From Oscillibacter sp. MSJ-31 (lineage in GTDB: Bacteria; Actinomycetota; Coriobacteriia; Coriobacteriales; Eggerthellaceae), in NCBI GenBank assembly GCA_963601095.1, contig CAVCDZ010000132.1:8547-72546 (forward strand): a stretch of 64,000 bases of DNA. The letters run 5' to 3'. The position numbers and the translations under genes were made by a program. A model generated the notes under the pieces. The model was given only the letters and a program-made list of their open reading frames with translations. It had not been told where the DNA came from and did no database searches. This document shows, one piece after another, positions 1 through 11,505 of this stretch (within the stretch, counting starts at the first letter, position 1; the number at the start of each line of letters is the position of its first letter).

Positions 1-88
1 CGTGGATCGGGCCACGGACGTCGACCTTCAGACGCTCGTACTCATACTTGAATTCCGGCAGCTTGTATGCCTCCTGATACACGCTCAT
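1..88 (-). CDS. N-terminal fragment of an unidentified protein (gene continues beyond window start)
   Basis: ATG at 86-88 on the minus strand with purine-rich RBS GGAAGGGGA (complement of 95-103) 6 nt upstream. Reads MSVYQEAYKLPEFKYEYERLKVDVRGPIH. No family recognised. Confidence 0.4.
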   Translation of the reverse strand, partial: MSVYQEAYKLPEFKYEYERLKVDVRGPIH

Positions 89-293
89 GCGTATTCCCCT
101 TCCGAATAGGAAACATGGTTTAATATAAGCAAATCGTACTGATACGGGATGCACCCTGTCAAGGACAACAGGGGCTATGCTCCCCTGCGATGACGTGTTT
201 TGCGTGAGCCTGACCAACGTGAAACACGCCTTTTACATGCGTGCCCCCTCCGCAACCAATTCTCGGGCGCGCATCAGGAAGAAGGGGTTTACT

Positions 294-944
294 ATGGCAG
301 AATTCAGCCCAACGCGCACCCATGCAACCTGGAAGCCGCGCATCACCGCGGCCCACGTCCCCTACTACCGCTGCTCCGAATGCGGCACGATAGTCGGAGG
401 CATCGACGGTGCGGTTGACATCACCATGACCAACGACGGCGAGCGCTCGCTCATCTTCGAGCCGCCCTACGCTCACGTCCAGTTCCAGATGACGTGCTGC
501 AGCAAGCCGATGGAGCTCGTCGAGCCTATCCCGGCGGCCGAGGTGGCCGATCGATTCAAGCTGGATTACCAGATCCTCGGCGGCATGAACAACAACGCGG
601 TCAAGGTCGAGTGGCGCTCGATCGACGCCACCTGCCGCCCGCGCTGGTTCTCGCTCAAGACGTTCACCGGCATCATGACTAAATATGTGCAGCCGAAGAA
701 GTGGCCGCCCGTCGTCTTCGCGCTGGCCGACGAGGACGCCTTCGCCTACTGCGACAAGGATCCCTGCGTCGAGTGCACGTTCCGCTGCAAGCGCGGGTTC
801 GAGATCTACGCCTACGTCGAGAACATCGGCCTGGTGATCCTGCCGCTCGACCGCATGGTGGCCACCGGCAGCGCTTCGATGAGCGACATCGAGCGCCCTG
901 AGGAGATCATCGCCGAGGCGCACGCGAAGAAGGCCGCCAAGTAA
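294..944 (+). CDS. hypothetical CxxC-containing protein (possibly desulfoferrodoxin/SOR-like, tentative)
   Basis: ORF 177..944 trimmed to ATG 294 (MAEFSPT), preceded by GAAGAAGGGG. GC-rich third positions. Two CxxC pairs (YYRCSECGTIV and CVEC). C-terminal part loosely resembles SOR-fold proteins from memory. The overlapping 369-aa minus ORF is Arg-rich junk. Confidence 0.6.
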   Translation: MAEFSPTRTHATWKPRITAAHVPYYRCSECGTIVGGIDGAVDITMTNDGERSLIFEPPYAHVQFQMTCCSKPMELVEPIPAAEVADRFKLDYQILGGMNNNAVKVEWRSIDATCRPRWFSLKTFTGIMTKYVQPKKWPPVVFALADEDAFAYCDKDPCVECTFRCKRGFEIYAYVENIGLVILPLDRMVATGSASMSDIERPEEIIAEAHAKKAAK

Positions 945-1001
945 TCGGCGCGTTGGGCGTTGGGCGTCCTCCGACGCCCCGAGCCCTTGTGAGAACGCGA
1001 A

Positions 1002-1033
1002 GGCCCGCATCCGTGATGGATGCGGGCCTTTTT
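1002..1033 (+). terminator. intrinsic terminator after the CxxC protein gene
   Basis: Perfect 11-bp stem GGCCCGCATCC (1002-1012) / GGATGCGGGCC (1018-1028), 5-nt loop, then TTTTT (1029-1033). Confidence 0.65.
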
Positions 1034-1093
1034 CGTGGGATGAGATGAGGGATGGGGCGGGCGTGCCGGCTCGCGGGTGCGGTGTGGGCGCGC

Positions 1094-3754
<2,661 letters not shown>

Positions 3755-3887
3755 AGTCCAAGCCTCCTTTGGGCAGGGACGCCGCCAAGCGATGCTGGGC
3801 GGCATCGCCTCGCGGCGGTTGTCAATCGTTTCGCTTTCGCTGGGGCGAAAGCGCGGGGTGCGGCAAAGGCACTGCCGGATGCGGCTG

Positions 3888-3971
3888 GGCGCTACCGGGT
3901 GCAGCCGAGTGCGGCCCGATGCAGCAGGCTCGCCGCGGCGCTACCGGGCGCTACCGACCGCGGCGCTACCG
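3888..3971. repeat. four copies of decamer GGCGCTACCG in the csoR-copA spacer
   Basis: Exact copies at 3888-3897, 3937-3946, 3947-3956 and 3962-3971. The last copy contains the csoR stop codon (complement of 3966-3968). Confidence 0.6.
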
Positions 3972-4409
3972 AGCAAACCGTTTGATCAGCTGCATGGCCT
4001 CGTCGACCGCCTCGTCGTCGCCACGACGAATGCGATCGGTGACGCAGGTCTCCAGGTGATCGCGCAGCAGGATCTCCGACACGGTGTGGATGGCGCTCTC
4101 GGCCGCCGCCAGCTGCGTCAGCACGTCACCGCAGTAGCGGTTCTCGTCGATCATGTTCTTGACGCCGTTGAGCTGCCCCATCGCACGATTGAGCCGCTTT
4201 TGGAGATCAGCCTGGAACTCCCGGCTGCGCTCCGTTTCCTTGTAACGGCATCCGCAGGTCTTCTTGCCCGCCGCAGCACCCGCCGCACTCGAGGAAACGC
4301 AGCAGGCATCCTCGGCGCCCGACACCGCCGACGCCGCGCTCTCCTGCGCGACCGGCTCGGCATCGTGCGCCTCGCAGCAGCACGACGACTCTTTCACGTC
4401 TGTGGCCAT
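3966..4409 (-). CDS. csoR: CsoR/RcnR-family metal-sensing repressor with Cys-rich N-terminal extension
   Basis: The C-terminal 90 aa match the DUF156/CsoR pattern (LQKRLNRAMGQLNGVKNMIDENRYCGDVLTQLAAAESA). The N-terminus carries CCC, CC and CGC clusters. Start set at ATG 4409 because the predicted TSS (~4442) leaves no room for an RBS before ATG 4433. It lies directly upstream of copA on the same strand. Confidence 0.85.
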   Translation of the reverse strand: MATDVKESSCCCEAHDAEPVAQESAASAVSGAEDACCVSSSAAGAAAGKKTCGCRYKETERSREFQADLQKRLNRAMGQLNGVKNMIDENRYCGDVLTQLAAAESAIHTVSEILLRDHLETCVTDRIRRGDDEAVDEAMQLIKRFAR

Positions 4410-4448
4410 GGCCTCCGCCTTTCCTCGATCCATTCTTTCAACGCCCCT

Positions 4449-4476
4449 ACTATATACCCCATTTGGGTATTTTCAA
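4449..4476 (-). promoter_or_regulatory. csoR-copA promoter with embedded CsoR operator
   Basis: On the minus strand: TTGAAA (4476-4471), a 16-nt spacer, then TATAGT (4454-4449). The spacer is the inverted repeat ATACCC-N5-GGGTAT (4454-4470), which matches the known CsoR-box type TACCC..GGGTA. Confidence 0.65.
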
Positions 4477-4729
4477 GCGGTCATTTCGGCAGCGGGAAAC
4501 AGCCTTCACGCCACCGTCGCTCACACGTGCCTGCCCTCAGGCCGCGCCGAAGGCCAAAACAGCAGCATTCAACCTTCTGTTTAGGCTCTGTTGCCTCGAT
4601 TCTTACAATTCGATAACCTCGCAGCCCCCGTACGGCAAACGACTACAATGTTGCAAAGTTCACGCACGGGTCATACACGGCCCGCTGCACGATACCGCGT
4701 CAAGGACATTGCAAGGAAAGAACCGAAGA

Positions 4730-6475
4730 ATGACTCGCACCACCCCATTCCACGACGATCATCGCAATAACCAGCGCCGGAACAACGACCGCACCTCCGT
4801 TCCCAACGCGCGCGACGAGCTTGAGCGCGAGCGCGAGCTGTACAGCGCGCACGACCCGAAGGCTTCGGGCCCCTCGCCCGCCGAGCGCCATGCCGCAGCG
4901 CAAGCTTCGCGCCGCAGCCAGGCGCCGCATGTTCGCCGCAGCGGCGAGACCGGCGGCTTCGAGCGACAGCGCCCGTCTGCGAGTGGCGCGATGCCGCGCT
5001 CAAGAGAGCAGGCGCGCACGCGCGCGGGCTACGAGCGCCCGATGCGAGAGGCCTGCGGCCGCAGCGCGCGCCCGCAGGCCGGCCGCCCCGGCCAGAGCGG
5101 CACGATGCCGCGCGTCGGCGATGCCGCGCAGTACTCGCGCGCGTCCTATGGCGACGTCGCCGGGCGCCAGGCGCATCGCTCCCGTGAAGCCGGCGAAGCC
5201 AACGCCTTCGGCGCCGGCCGCTACACCGCGGTGAGCACCAAGCGCAACCAGCCCACCGGTGCGCTGCGCAAGACGGTCGTCGCCGTCGCCGTCCTCATCG
5301 TCGTTGCCGTCGTCGGCGTGTTCGGCTATCAGACCTGGTCGTTCGCCCAGCCCGTCGACATCACCCTCAACGGCCAGACGCAGACGATCCAGGGCGACGA
5401 GCGCTCGATCGACGGCCTGCTCAACAACAACGTCGTCTCGGTGACGCCGGGCAACTACCTCGCCGTCGACGGATCCGTCATGCGTCAAGGCGACGGCACG
5501 CGCTGCACCGCGACGCTCAACGGCGAGGCGACCGACGACTACTCGCAGCGTTTGAACGCAGGCGACACGGTCGACATCCAAAACGGCACCGACGTGACCG
5601 AGCCCTACACCGACAGCGACCCGCAGACGCTGCCCCATTCCGCCAAGCTCCAGGGCACCGGCGCCGTGCACGTCTACCAGGGCGACGGCACGGACGGCGA
5701 GAAAGTCACGCGCACCGGCCAGGAGTCCGGCATCACCGCCGACGTCACGACGAAGGAAGCCAAGGACGAGACGGTGCTCTGCTACAACGTCGACTCGAAG
5801 GGCGACAAGGTGGTCGCGCTCACCTTCGACGACGGCCCGTGGGACAACCAGACCGCCGAGGTCCTCGACATCCTTGAGGCCAACGACGCCAAGGCGACGT
5901 TCTTCACCGTCGGCAAGCAGATCTCCGGTCGCGAGGATCTGATCAAGCGCGCCGCCGACGACGGCTGCGAGATCGGCACCCATACCTGGGATCACGCGGA
6001 GGGCTCGGGCCAGGGCGTCAGCCCGATCAAGATGTCCGACCAGGAGCGCAAGGACGAGATCACGAAGGGCTACGACGCCATCAAGTCGGCAACCGGTCAG
6101 GACGCCAGCACGATCTTCCGTTCGCCCGGCGGCAACTTCGACTCGTCGGTCGCCACCAGCCTCGAAGGCCTCGTGACGGCTGAGATCGGCTGGAACGTCG
6201 ACACGAACGACTGGCGTCGCCCCGGCGCGGCGGCCATCGCCAAGAACATCGAAAGCGTCAGCCCCGGCCACATCATCCTGATGCACGACGGCGGCGGCGA
6301 CCGCTCGCAGACCATCGCGGCGCTGAAGGAGGCGCTGCCGGTGCTCAAGCAGCAGGGCTTCACGTTCGTCACCGTCCAGGAGCTGCTCTCGAAGTACCCG
6401 CCCGCCGACGGCAACCCGCCTGCTGACAGCCCTGAGAGCTCTGATAGCTCCAACTCCGGAGACGGCTCGAACTAG
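4730..6475 (+). CDS. membrane-anchored polysaccharide deacetylase (NodB homology domain)
   Basis: ORF 4463..6475 trimmed to ATG 4730 (MTRTTPFH) behind AAGGAAAG. It has a long Arg/Ser-rich disordered N-terminus, one TM helix (VVAVAVLIVVAVVGVFGY), and a NodB core (ALTFDDGPW..ATFF..HTWDH..LMHDGGG). Confidence 0.85.
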   Translation: MTRTTPFHDDHRNNQRRNNDRTSVPNARDELERERELYSAHDPKASGPSPAERHAAAQASRRSQAPHVRRSGETGGFERQRPSASGAMPRSREQARTRAGYERPMREACGRSARPQAGRPGQSGTMPRVGDAAQYSRASYGDVAGRQAHRSREAGEANAFGAGRYTAVSTKRNQPTGALRKTVVAVAVLIVVAVVGVFGYQTWSFAQPVDITLNGQTQTIQGDERSIDGLLNNNVVSVTPGNYLAVDGSVMRQGDGTRCTATLNGEATDDYSQRLNAGDTVDIQNGTDVTEPYTDSDPQTLPHSAKLQGTGAVHVYQGDGTDGEKVTRTGQESGITADVTTKEAKDETVLCYNVDSKGDKVVALTFDDGPWDNQTAEVLDILEANDAKATFFTVGKQISGREDLIKRAADDGCEIGTHTWDHAEGSGQGVSPIKMSDQERKDEITKGYDAIKSATGQDASTIFRSPGGNFDSSVATSLEGLVTAEIGWNVDTNDWRRPGAAAIAKNIESVSPGHIILMHDGGGDRSQTIAALKEALPVLKQQGFTFVTVQELLSKYPPADGNPPADSPESSDSSNSGDGSN

Positions 6476-6517
6476 ATGCATACGACCCGCCCCACCGGGC
6501 ACGCTGAACTTCACCGA

Positions 6518-6548
6518 GGAGGCGCCGATATCGGCGCCTCCTTTTGTT
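6518..6548 (+). terminator. intrinsic terminator after deacetylase gene
   Basis: 24-nt perfect palindrome GGAGGCGCCGATATCGGCGCCTCC (6518-6541) followed by TTTTGTTTG. Confidence 0.8.
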
Positions 6549-6581
6549 TGCAACAAACCAGTGTCGCACAGTGGCGGCCCG

Positions 6582-6722
6582 CTGCAGAATCCGTTCGATC
6601 CGCAACGGTTTTCTGCCCGGCAAAGCGCGCAAAACGCCTCCCCGAGCCTGAAAAGGGCGTTACGAATGGGGTTTGCGGTAAGATTTGCGCACTCAATCGT
6701 TGCGGATCGACTCAATTCTGCA
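6582..6722. repeat. MITE-like palindromic element, family 1, copy A
   Basis: Terminal inverted repeats CTGCAGAATCCGTTCGATCCGCAACG (6582-6607) and CGTTGCGGATCGACTCAATTCTGCA (6698-6722). The interior is homologous to the reverse complement of copy B at 41211-41363. No ORF. Confidence 0.7.
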
Positions 6723-7057
6723 AAAACCACCCCAAAAGCCGCACTGGGCTCTAATGGGGAGGACACACGGCAACTACCGCACGCCCAGCACGACAACCGC
6801 ACCCGCGCGGGCGCAACAACCACACCCCGCCAGCCCCACGCACGTCGCACCCGGCGCGCGCCGATGCGCCCGCACCACCCTATCTGCCGCCCAGGCCAAG
6901 CACAATTTCACGTTGAAAAGGGCACATAGGCGAACGATCCCGTAAGCGGCGCAATAAAACGGACAAAAAGTTTTACAATGATGAACGTGTTTATTGGCCG
7001 ACGGCTGATTCCGGTCGACGACCGGCAGCCCCCGCGCCCGAAAGGTGGTCTCCCTCT

Positions 7058-8536
7058 ATGAAACGAGCCAAGATCATTTGTACCCTTGGGCCCGCTGTTG
7101 ACTCGGAGTCAACGCTCAAGAACCTTATACAGGCAGGCATGGACGTCGCCCGCTTCAACTTCTCCCACGGAACGCACGCCGAGCACAAGGCGCGCATGGA
7201 TCGCCTGAAGGCGGTTCGCCGGGAGCTCGACGCGCCGATCGCCATCATGCTCGACACCAAAGGCCCCAGCATCCGCTCGGGCAAGCTCGAAGGCGGCGAG
7301 GACGTGCTCCTGCGCGCCGGCGACAACATCTTCCTCACCGAGGAGGACGTCCCCGGCACCGCGCGCCGCATCCACCAGACCTGCAAGGGCCTGTGCAACT
7401 ACGTCGAGCCCGGCACCCTCATCCTGATGGACGACGGGCTCATCGAGCTGGCGGTCGACCGCGTGATCGGCACCGACATCCAGTGCACCGTGCAGAACTC
7501 CGGCATGCTCGGCGAGAACAAGCAGATCAACCTCCCCGGCACCCACGTGCCGCTGCCCATCATGACCGATCAGGACGAGGCCGACCTGCTCTTCGGCATC
7601 GAGCAGGACATCGACTTCGTGGCGGCGTCGTTCGTCAGCAACGGCGATGACGTGCGCGCGATCCGCTCCTTCCTCTGCGAGCACGGCGGCCACAACATCA
7701 AGATCGTCTCCAAGATCGAGAACGCCGCCGCGATCAACGACATCGACGGCATCATCGAAGCCTCCGACGGCGTCATGGTCGCCCGCGGCGACCTGGGCGT
7801 GGAGGTTCCGTCCCAGGACGTCCCGCATCTGCAGAAGAAGATCATCAAGGCCTGCAACCGCGCCTACACGCCGGTCGTCACCGCCACGCAGATGCTCGAA
7901 TCCATGATCCACAACCCGCGCCCGACGCGCGCCGAAGTCGCCGACGTCGCCAACGCCATCTACGACGGCACCGACGCGCTCATGCTCTCGGGCGAGACCG
8001 CGATGGGCATGTACCCGGCCCCGTGCGTGCAGACGATGGCCCGCATCGCCGAGACGAGCGAGCCGTACCTGTACGCCGAGGGTTCCATCCCCAACCGCAC
8101 GTCCGAGCAGAACCGGATCTCTGCCGTGGTCGGCCTTGCCGCCGTCACCACCGCCGAGAGCGTCGGCGCCACCTGCATCGTCACGCCGACGATGACCGGG
8201 CGCACCGCGCGCATGATCTCGAATTACCGCCCGCGCGTCCCGATCTACGCCGTCACCACCGACGAGGCCTACCGCCGTTCGCTCCAGATCTGCTGGGGCG
8301 TGACGCCGATCCCGGGCAAGGTCGTTGGGGACGCATCGTTCATCCTCGAGCAGGCGCGGACCGCCGTGGCGCGCCGCGGGTTCGTCCATGACGGCGACAT
8401 CGCCGTGTTCACGCTCGGCGACCGCACCACCTCGCCGAAGACCGACGCGACGGCGCTCGACCCCGAGTCGCCCTCGCCCACGCCCACCAACGTCATGTAC
8501 GTCGTCCAAATCGGCGTCGAAAGGGGAGCCGAATAA
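7058..8536 (+). CDS. pyk: pyruvate kinase
   Basis: MKRAKIICTLGPA..., MVARGDLGVE and other classical PK motifs. RBS AAAGGTGG. The stop codon overlaps the next ATG (TAATG at 8534-8538). Confidence 0.95.
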   Translation: MKRAKIICTLGPAVDSESTLKNLIQAGMDVARFNFSHGTHAEHKARMDRLKAVRRELDAPIAIMLDTKGPSIRSGKLEGGEDVLLRAGDNIFLTEEDVPGTARRIHQTCKGLCNYVEPGTLILMDDGLIELAVDRVIGTDIQCTVQNSGMLGENKQINLPGTHVPLPIMTDQDEADLLFGIEQDIDFVAASFVSNGDDVRAIRSFLCEHGGHNIKIVSKIENAAAINDIDGIIEASDGVMVARGDLGVEVPSQDVPHLQKKIIKACNRAYTPVVTATQMLESMIHNPRPTRAEVADVANAIYDGTDALMLSGETAMGMYPAPCVQTMARIAETSEPYLYAEGSIPNRTSEQNRISAVVGLAAVTTAESVGATCIVTPTMTGRTARMISNYRPRVPIYAVTTDEAYRRSLQICWGVTPIPGKVVGDASFILEQARTAVARRGFVHDGDIAVFTLGDRTTSPKTDATALDPESPSPTPTNVMYVVQIGVERGAE

Positions 8537-10023
8537 TGCCATCCCTCAACACCGACTGCTACGCCGCCATCGACATCGGGGCGTCCTCGGGCCGCATCGT
8601 CGTGGGTCAGACCACGGCTGACGGCCAGATCGAGCTCACGGAGGTCCACCGCTTCGACAACATCCAGAAGCGCTCGGGCGGCCACGACTGCTGGGACGTC
8701 GACATGCTGTTCCGAGAGACGGTGGCCGGCCTGGCCAAATGTGCCGAGCTGGGCTACGCGCCCAAGACGATCAGTATCGACACCTGGGCCGTCGACTTCG
8801 TCCTGCTCGACGCCAACGATCAGATGATCGGCGACGCCGTGGCCTACCGCGACGACCGCACGGTCGGCATCTACCCGATCGCCGACGCCGTCATGGCACC
8901 CGACGCGGTCTACCGCCGCACCGGCATCCAGCGCCAGCCGTTCAACACCGTCTACCAGATGATCGCGCTGATGCGCGAGCATCCCGAGCAGGTCGAGCAG
9001 GCCGAGACCTTCCTCATGATCCCGGATTACCTGGCGTTTCTGCTCACCGGCGCGAAGGTCAACGAGTACACCAACGCGTCGACCACCTGCCTGCTCAACG
9101 CCCGCACCCAGGACTGGGACCAGACGATCCTCGACGCGTTCGGCATCCCGCGCCGCATCTTCTGCGACGTGGTCATGCCCGGCACCGATCTCGGCCCGGT
9201 GACGCCGGCGATCGCCGAGCAGATCGGGTTTGCGCCGCACGTCATCGCGCCGGCGACCCACGACACGGGCAGCGCCTACCTGGCCGTCCCCGTGCGCGAT
9301 TCCGACGCGGTCATCCTGTCGTCGGGCACCTGGAGCCTGCTCGGCGTCGAGCACGAGGGGCCGATCACCTCGGATGCCTCGCGCTTCCAGAACTTCACGA
9401 ACGAAGGCGGGTATGACCTGCGCTTCCGCTTCTTGAAAAACATCATGGGCCTGTGGATGATCCAATCCATCCGCCGCGAGCTCAACGGCGTGTCCTACGT
9501 CGCGGGCAAAGAGGCCCGCGCGACCGACGAGGAGCTGCCGCCCTTCCCCGCCGCCGAGCGCGAGATGGGCTTCGCCGACCTGATCGAAGCCGCGCGCGAG
9601 GCCGAGGGCTTCGCGGCGCGCGTCAACGTCAACGACGACCGCTTTTTGGCGCCCGAGTCGATGATCGACGAGATCCGCCGCGCCTGCCTGGAGACCGGCC
9701 AGCCCATCCCCGCGACGATCGGCGAGCTGATCTCGTGCGTCTACCAGAGCCTGGCGACCTGCTACGCCGAGTCCATCTCGGAGATGGCGTCGCTGACCGG
9801 CCGCACCTACACGTCGATCAACATCGTCGGCGGCGGCTGCCAGGACGGCTACCTAAACGAGCTCACCACCCACGCCTGCGGGATTCCCGTGTTCGCCGGC
9901 CCCGTCGAGGGCACGAGCCTGGGCAACCTCGCGGTGCAGATGATCGCCGATGAGGCGTTCCCCGATCTTCAGAGCGTGCGCGACGCGATCGCAACGTCTT
10001 TCGATGTGCGCCGCTTTGACTGA
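8536..10023 (+). CDS. rhaB: rhamnulokinase (FGGY carbohydrate kinase)
   Basis: FGGY N-terminus (AAIDIGASSGRIVVG). Size and position directly upstream of rhaA/rhaD support the call. Confidence 0.85.
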   Translation: MPSLNTDCYAAIDIGASSGRIVVGQTTADGQIELTEVHRFDNIQKRSGGHDCWDVDMLFRETVAGLAKCAELGYAPKTISIDTWAVDFVLLDANDQMIGDAVAYRDDRTVGIYPIADAVMAPDAVYRRTGIQRQPFNTVYQMIALMREHPEQVEQAETFLMIPDYLAFLLTGAKVNEYTNASTTCLLNARTQDWDQTILDAFGIPRRIFCDVVMPGTDLGPVTPAIAEQIGFAPHVIAPATHDTGSAYLAVPVRDSDAVILSSGTWSLLGVEHEGPITSDASRFQNFTNEGGYDLRFRFLKNIMGLWMIQSIRRELNGVSYVAGKEARATDEELPPFPAAEREMGFADLIEAAREAEGFAARVNVNDDRFLAPESMIDEIRRACLETGQPIPATIGELISCVYQSLATCYAESISEMASLTGRTYTSINIVGGGCQDGYLNELTTHACGIPVFAGPVEGTSLGNLAVQMIADEAFPDLQSVRDAIATSFDVRRFD

Positions 10024-10085
10024 TAATGTCTGACGGACAGATAAGTGAAGTACCGGACATACCATCCAGCAAAGGAGTAACTTTT

Positions 10086-11345
10086 ATGGCCACTATGTAT
10101 GAATTGGCGCGCGACGAGTACGCCAAGATCGGCATCGACACCGACGCCGTGATCGAGAAGCTCGCCACCAAGGCGATCTCAATCCAGTGCTGGCAGGGCG
10201 ACGACGTCATGGGCTTCGACGCCGAGGACAACGTCGCCTCCGGCGGCATCCTGACCACCGGCAACTATCCGGGCCGCGCCCGCACGCCCGAGGAGCTCAT
10301 GGCCGACTTCGACGAGGCCGCCAGCATGATCCCCGGCAAGAAGCGCATCAACCTGCATGCGAGCTACGCCGTGTTCACCGACGAGAACCCGTGGGTCGAG
10401 CGCGACCAGATCGAGTACAAGCACTTCAAGCCCTGGGTGGATTGGGCGAAGAAGAACGGCTACGGCATCGACTTCAACCCCACCCTGTTCTCGCACGCCA
10501 TGGTCAAGGAGGGCCTGACCGTGTCGAGCCCCGAAAAGGACGTGCGCGACTTCTGGATCCGCCACTGCATCGCCTGCCGCAAGATCGCTGAGCAGATCGG
10601 CGTCGAGATGGGCGACATGGTGCTCAACAACTTCTGGATCCCCGACGGCCTGAAGGACTACCCGGCCGACCGCTACGTCATGCGCGCCCGCCTGAAGGAC
10701 GCCCTCGACGAGATCTACTCGTTCGAGACGCCTCACGTCATCGACGCGGTCGAGCAGAAGGTCTTCGGCATCGGCGTCGAGGGCTTCACGGTCGGCAACC
10801 AGGAGTTCTACGTGTCCTACGCGGCGAAGAAGGGCGGCAACAACGTCGTCCTGATCGACGCCGGCCACTTCAACCCGACCGAGAACATCGCCGACAAGCT
10901 GCCGAGCCTGCTGCAGTTCTTCCCGTACGTGCCGCTGCACGTCACGCGCCCGATGCACTGGGACTCCGACCACGTGGTGCTCTTCGACGACACCATCAAG
11001 GAGATCGCCGGCGAGGTCGTGCGCTGCCCCGGCGGCTGGGACAAGATCGTGATCGGCCTGGACTTCTTCGACGCGTCGATCAACCGCGTCGGCGCCTGGG
11101 TCACCGGCACCCGCGCGATGCAGAAGTGCCTGTGCTACGAGCTGCTGCAGCCCCACGCTGAGCTGGCCAAGATGCAGGACGAGTACCGCTTCACCGAGAA
11201 GATGATGCTGACCGAGGCTGCCAAGTCGCTGCCGTTCGGCGCCGTGTGGGACGAGTACTGCGCTCGCCAGGGCGTGCCGAGCGATCTCGAGTGCTTCGGC
11301 AAGGTCAACGAGTACGAGAAGGCCGTGCAGAGCAAGCGCGACTAA
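10086..11345 (+). CDS. rhaA: L-rhamnose isomerase
   Basis: ORF 10026..11345 trimmed to ATG 10086 behind AAAGGAG. Collinear with E. coli RhaA from memory (CWQGDDV.GF, TGNYPG.AR, LHA.Y, FNPT.FSH, DAGHF.PTE, WDSDHVV, GLDFFDASINR). Confidence 0.9.
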   Translation: MATMYELARDEYAKIGIDTDAVIEKLATKAISIQCWQGDDVMGFDAEDNVASGGILTTGNYPGRARTPEELMADFDEAASMIPGKKRINLHASYAVFTDENPWVERDQIEYKHFKPWVDWAKKNGYGIDFNPTLFSHAMVKEGLTVSSPEKDVRDFWIRHCIACRKIAEQIGVEMGDMVLNNFWIPDGLKDYPADRYVMRARLKDALDEIYSFETPHVIDAVEQKVFGIGVEGFTVGNQEFYVSYAAKKGGNNVVLIDAGHFNPTENIADKLPSLLQFFPYVPLHVTRPMHWDSDHVVLFDDTIKEIAGEVVRCPGGWDKIVIGLDFFDASINRVGAWVTGTRAMQKCLCYELLQPHAELAKMQDEYRFTEKMMLTEAAKSLPFGAVWDEYCARQGVPSDLECFGKVNEYEKAVQSKRD

Positions 11346-11505
11346 CGTGTGATCAGGGCGGCGGTGCCATCTGCGGCGCCGCCGCCTTCGTGCGTGTGGC
11401 CGGAAGAGCGGATCGCGCCTGCGGGCGCCGGCCGGCCCACGCTCACCACCCCACCGTCGCGGGCATCCGCCTGCCCGCGCATCCCTAAAGGAGGAACCAT
11501 ACCCC

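Noticed and set aside
4463-4729. N-terminal extensions of track ORFs (also 36271-36420, 37399-37617, 46777-47250, 25003-25203, 24007-23963, 42770-42666 and others)
   Set aside because: In each case an internal ATG or GTG has a clear AGGAGG-type RBS and marks where family homology begins. The upstream codons are composition-biased read-through of intergenic DNA or of the preceding gene.
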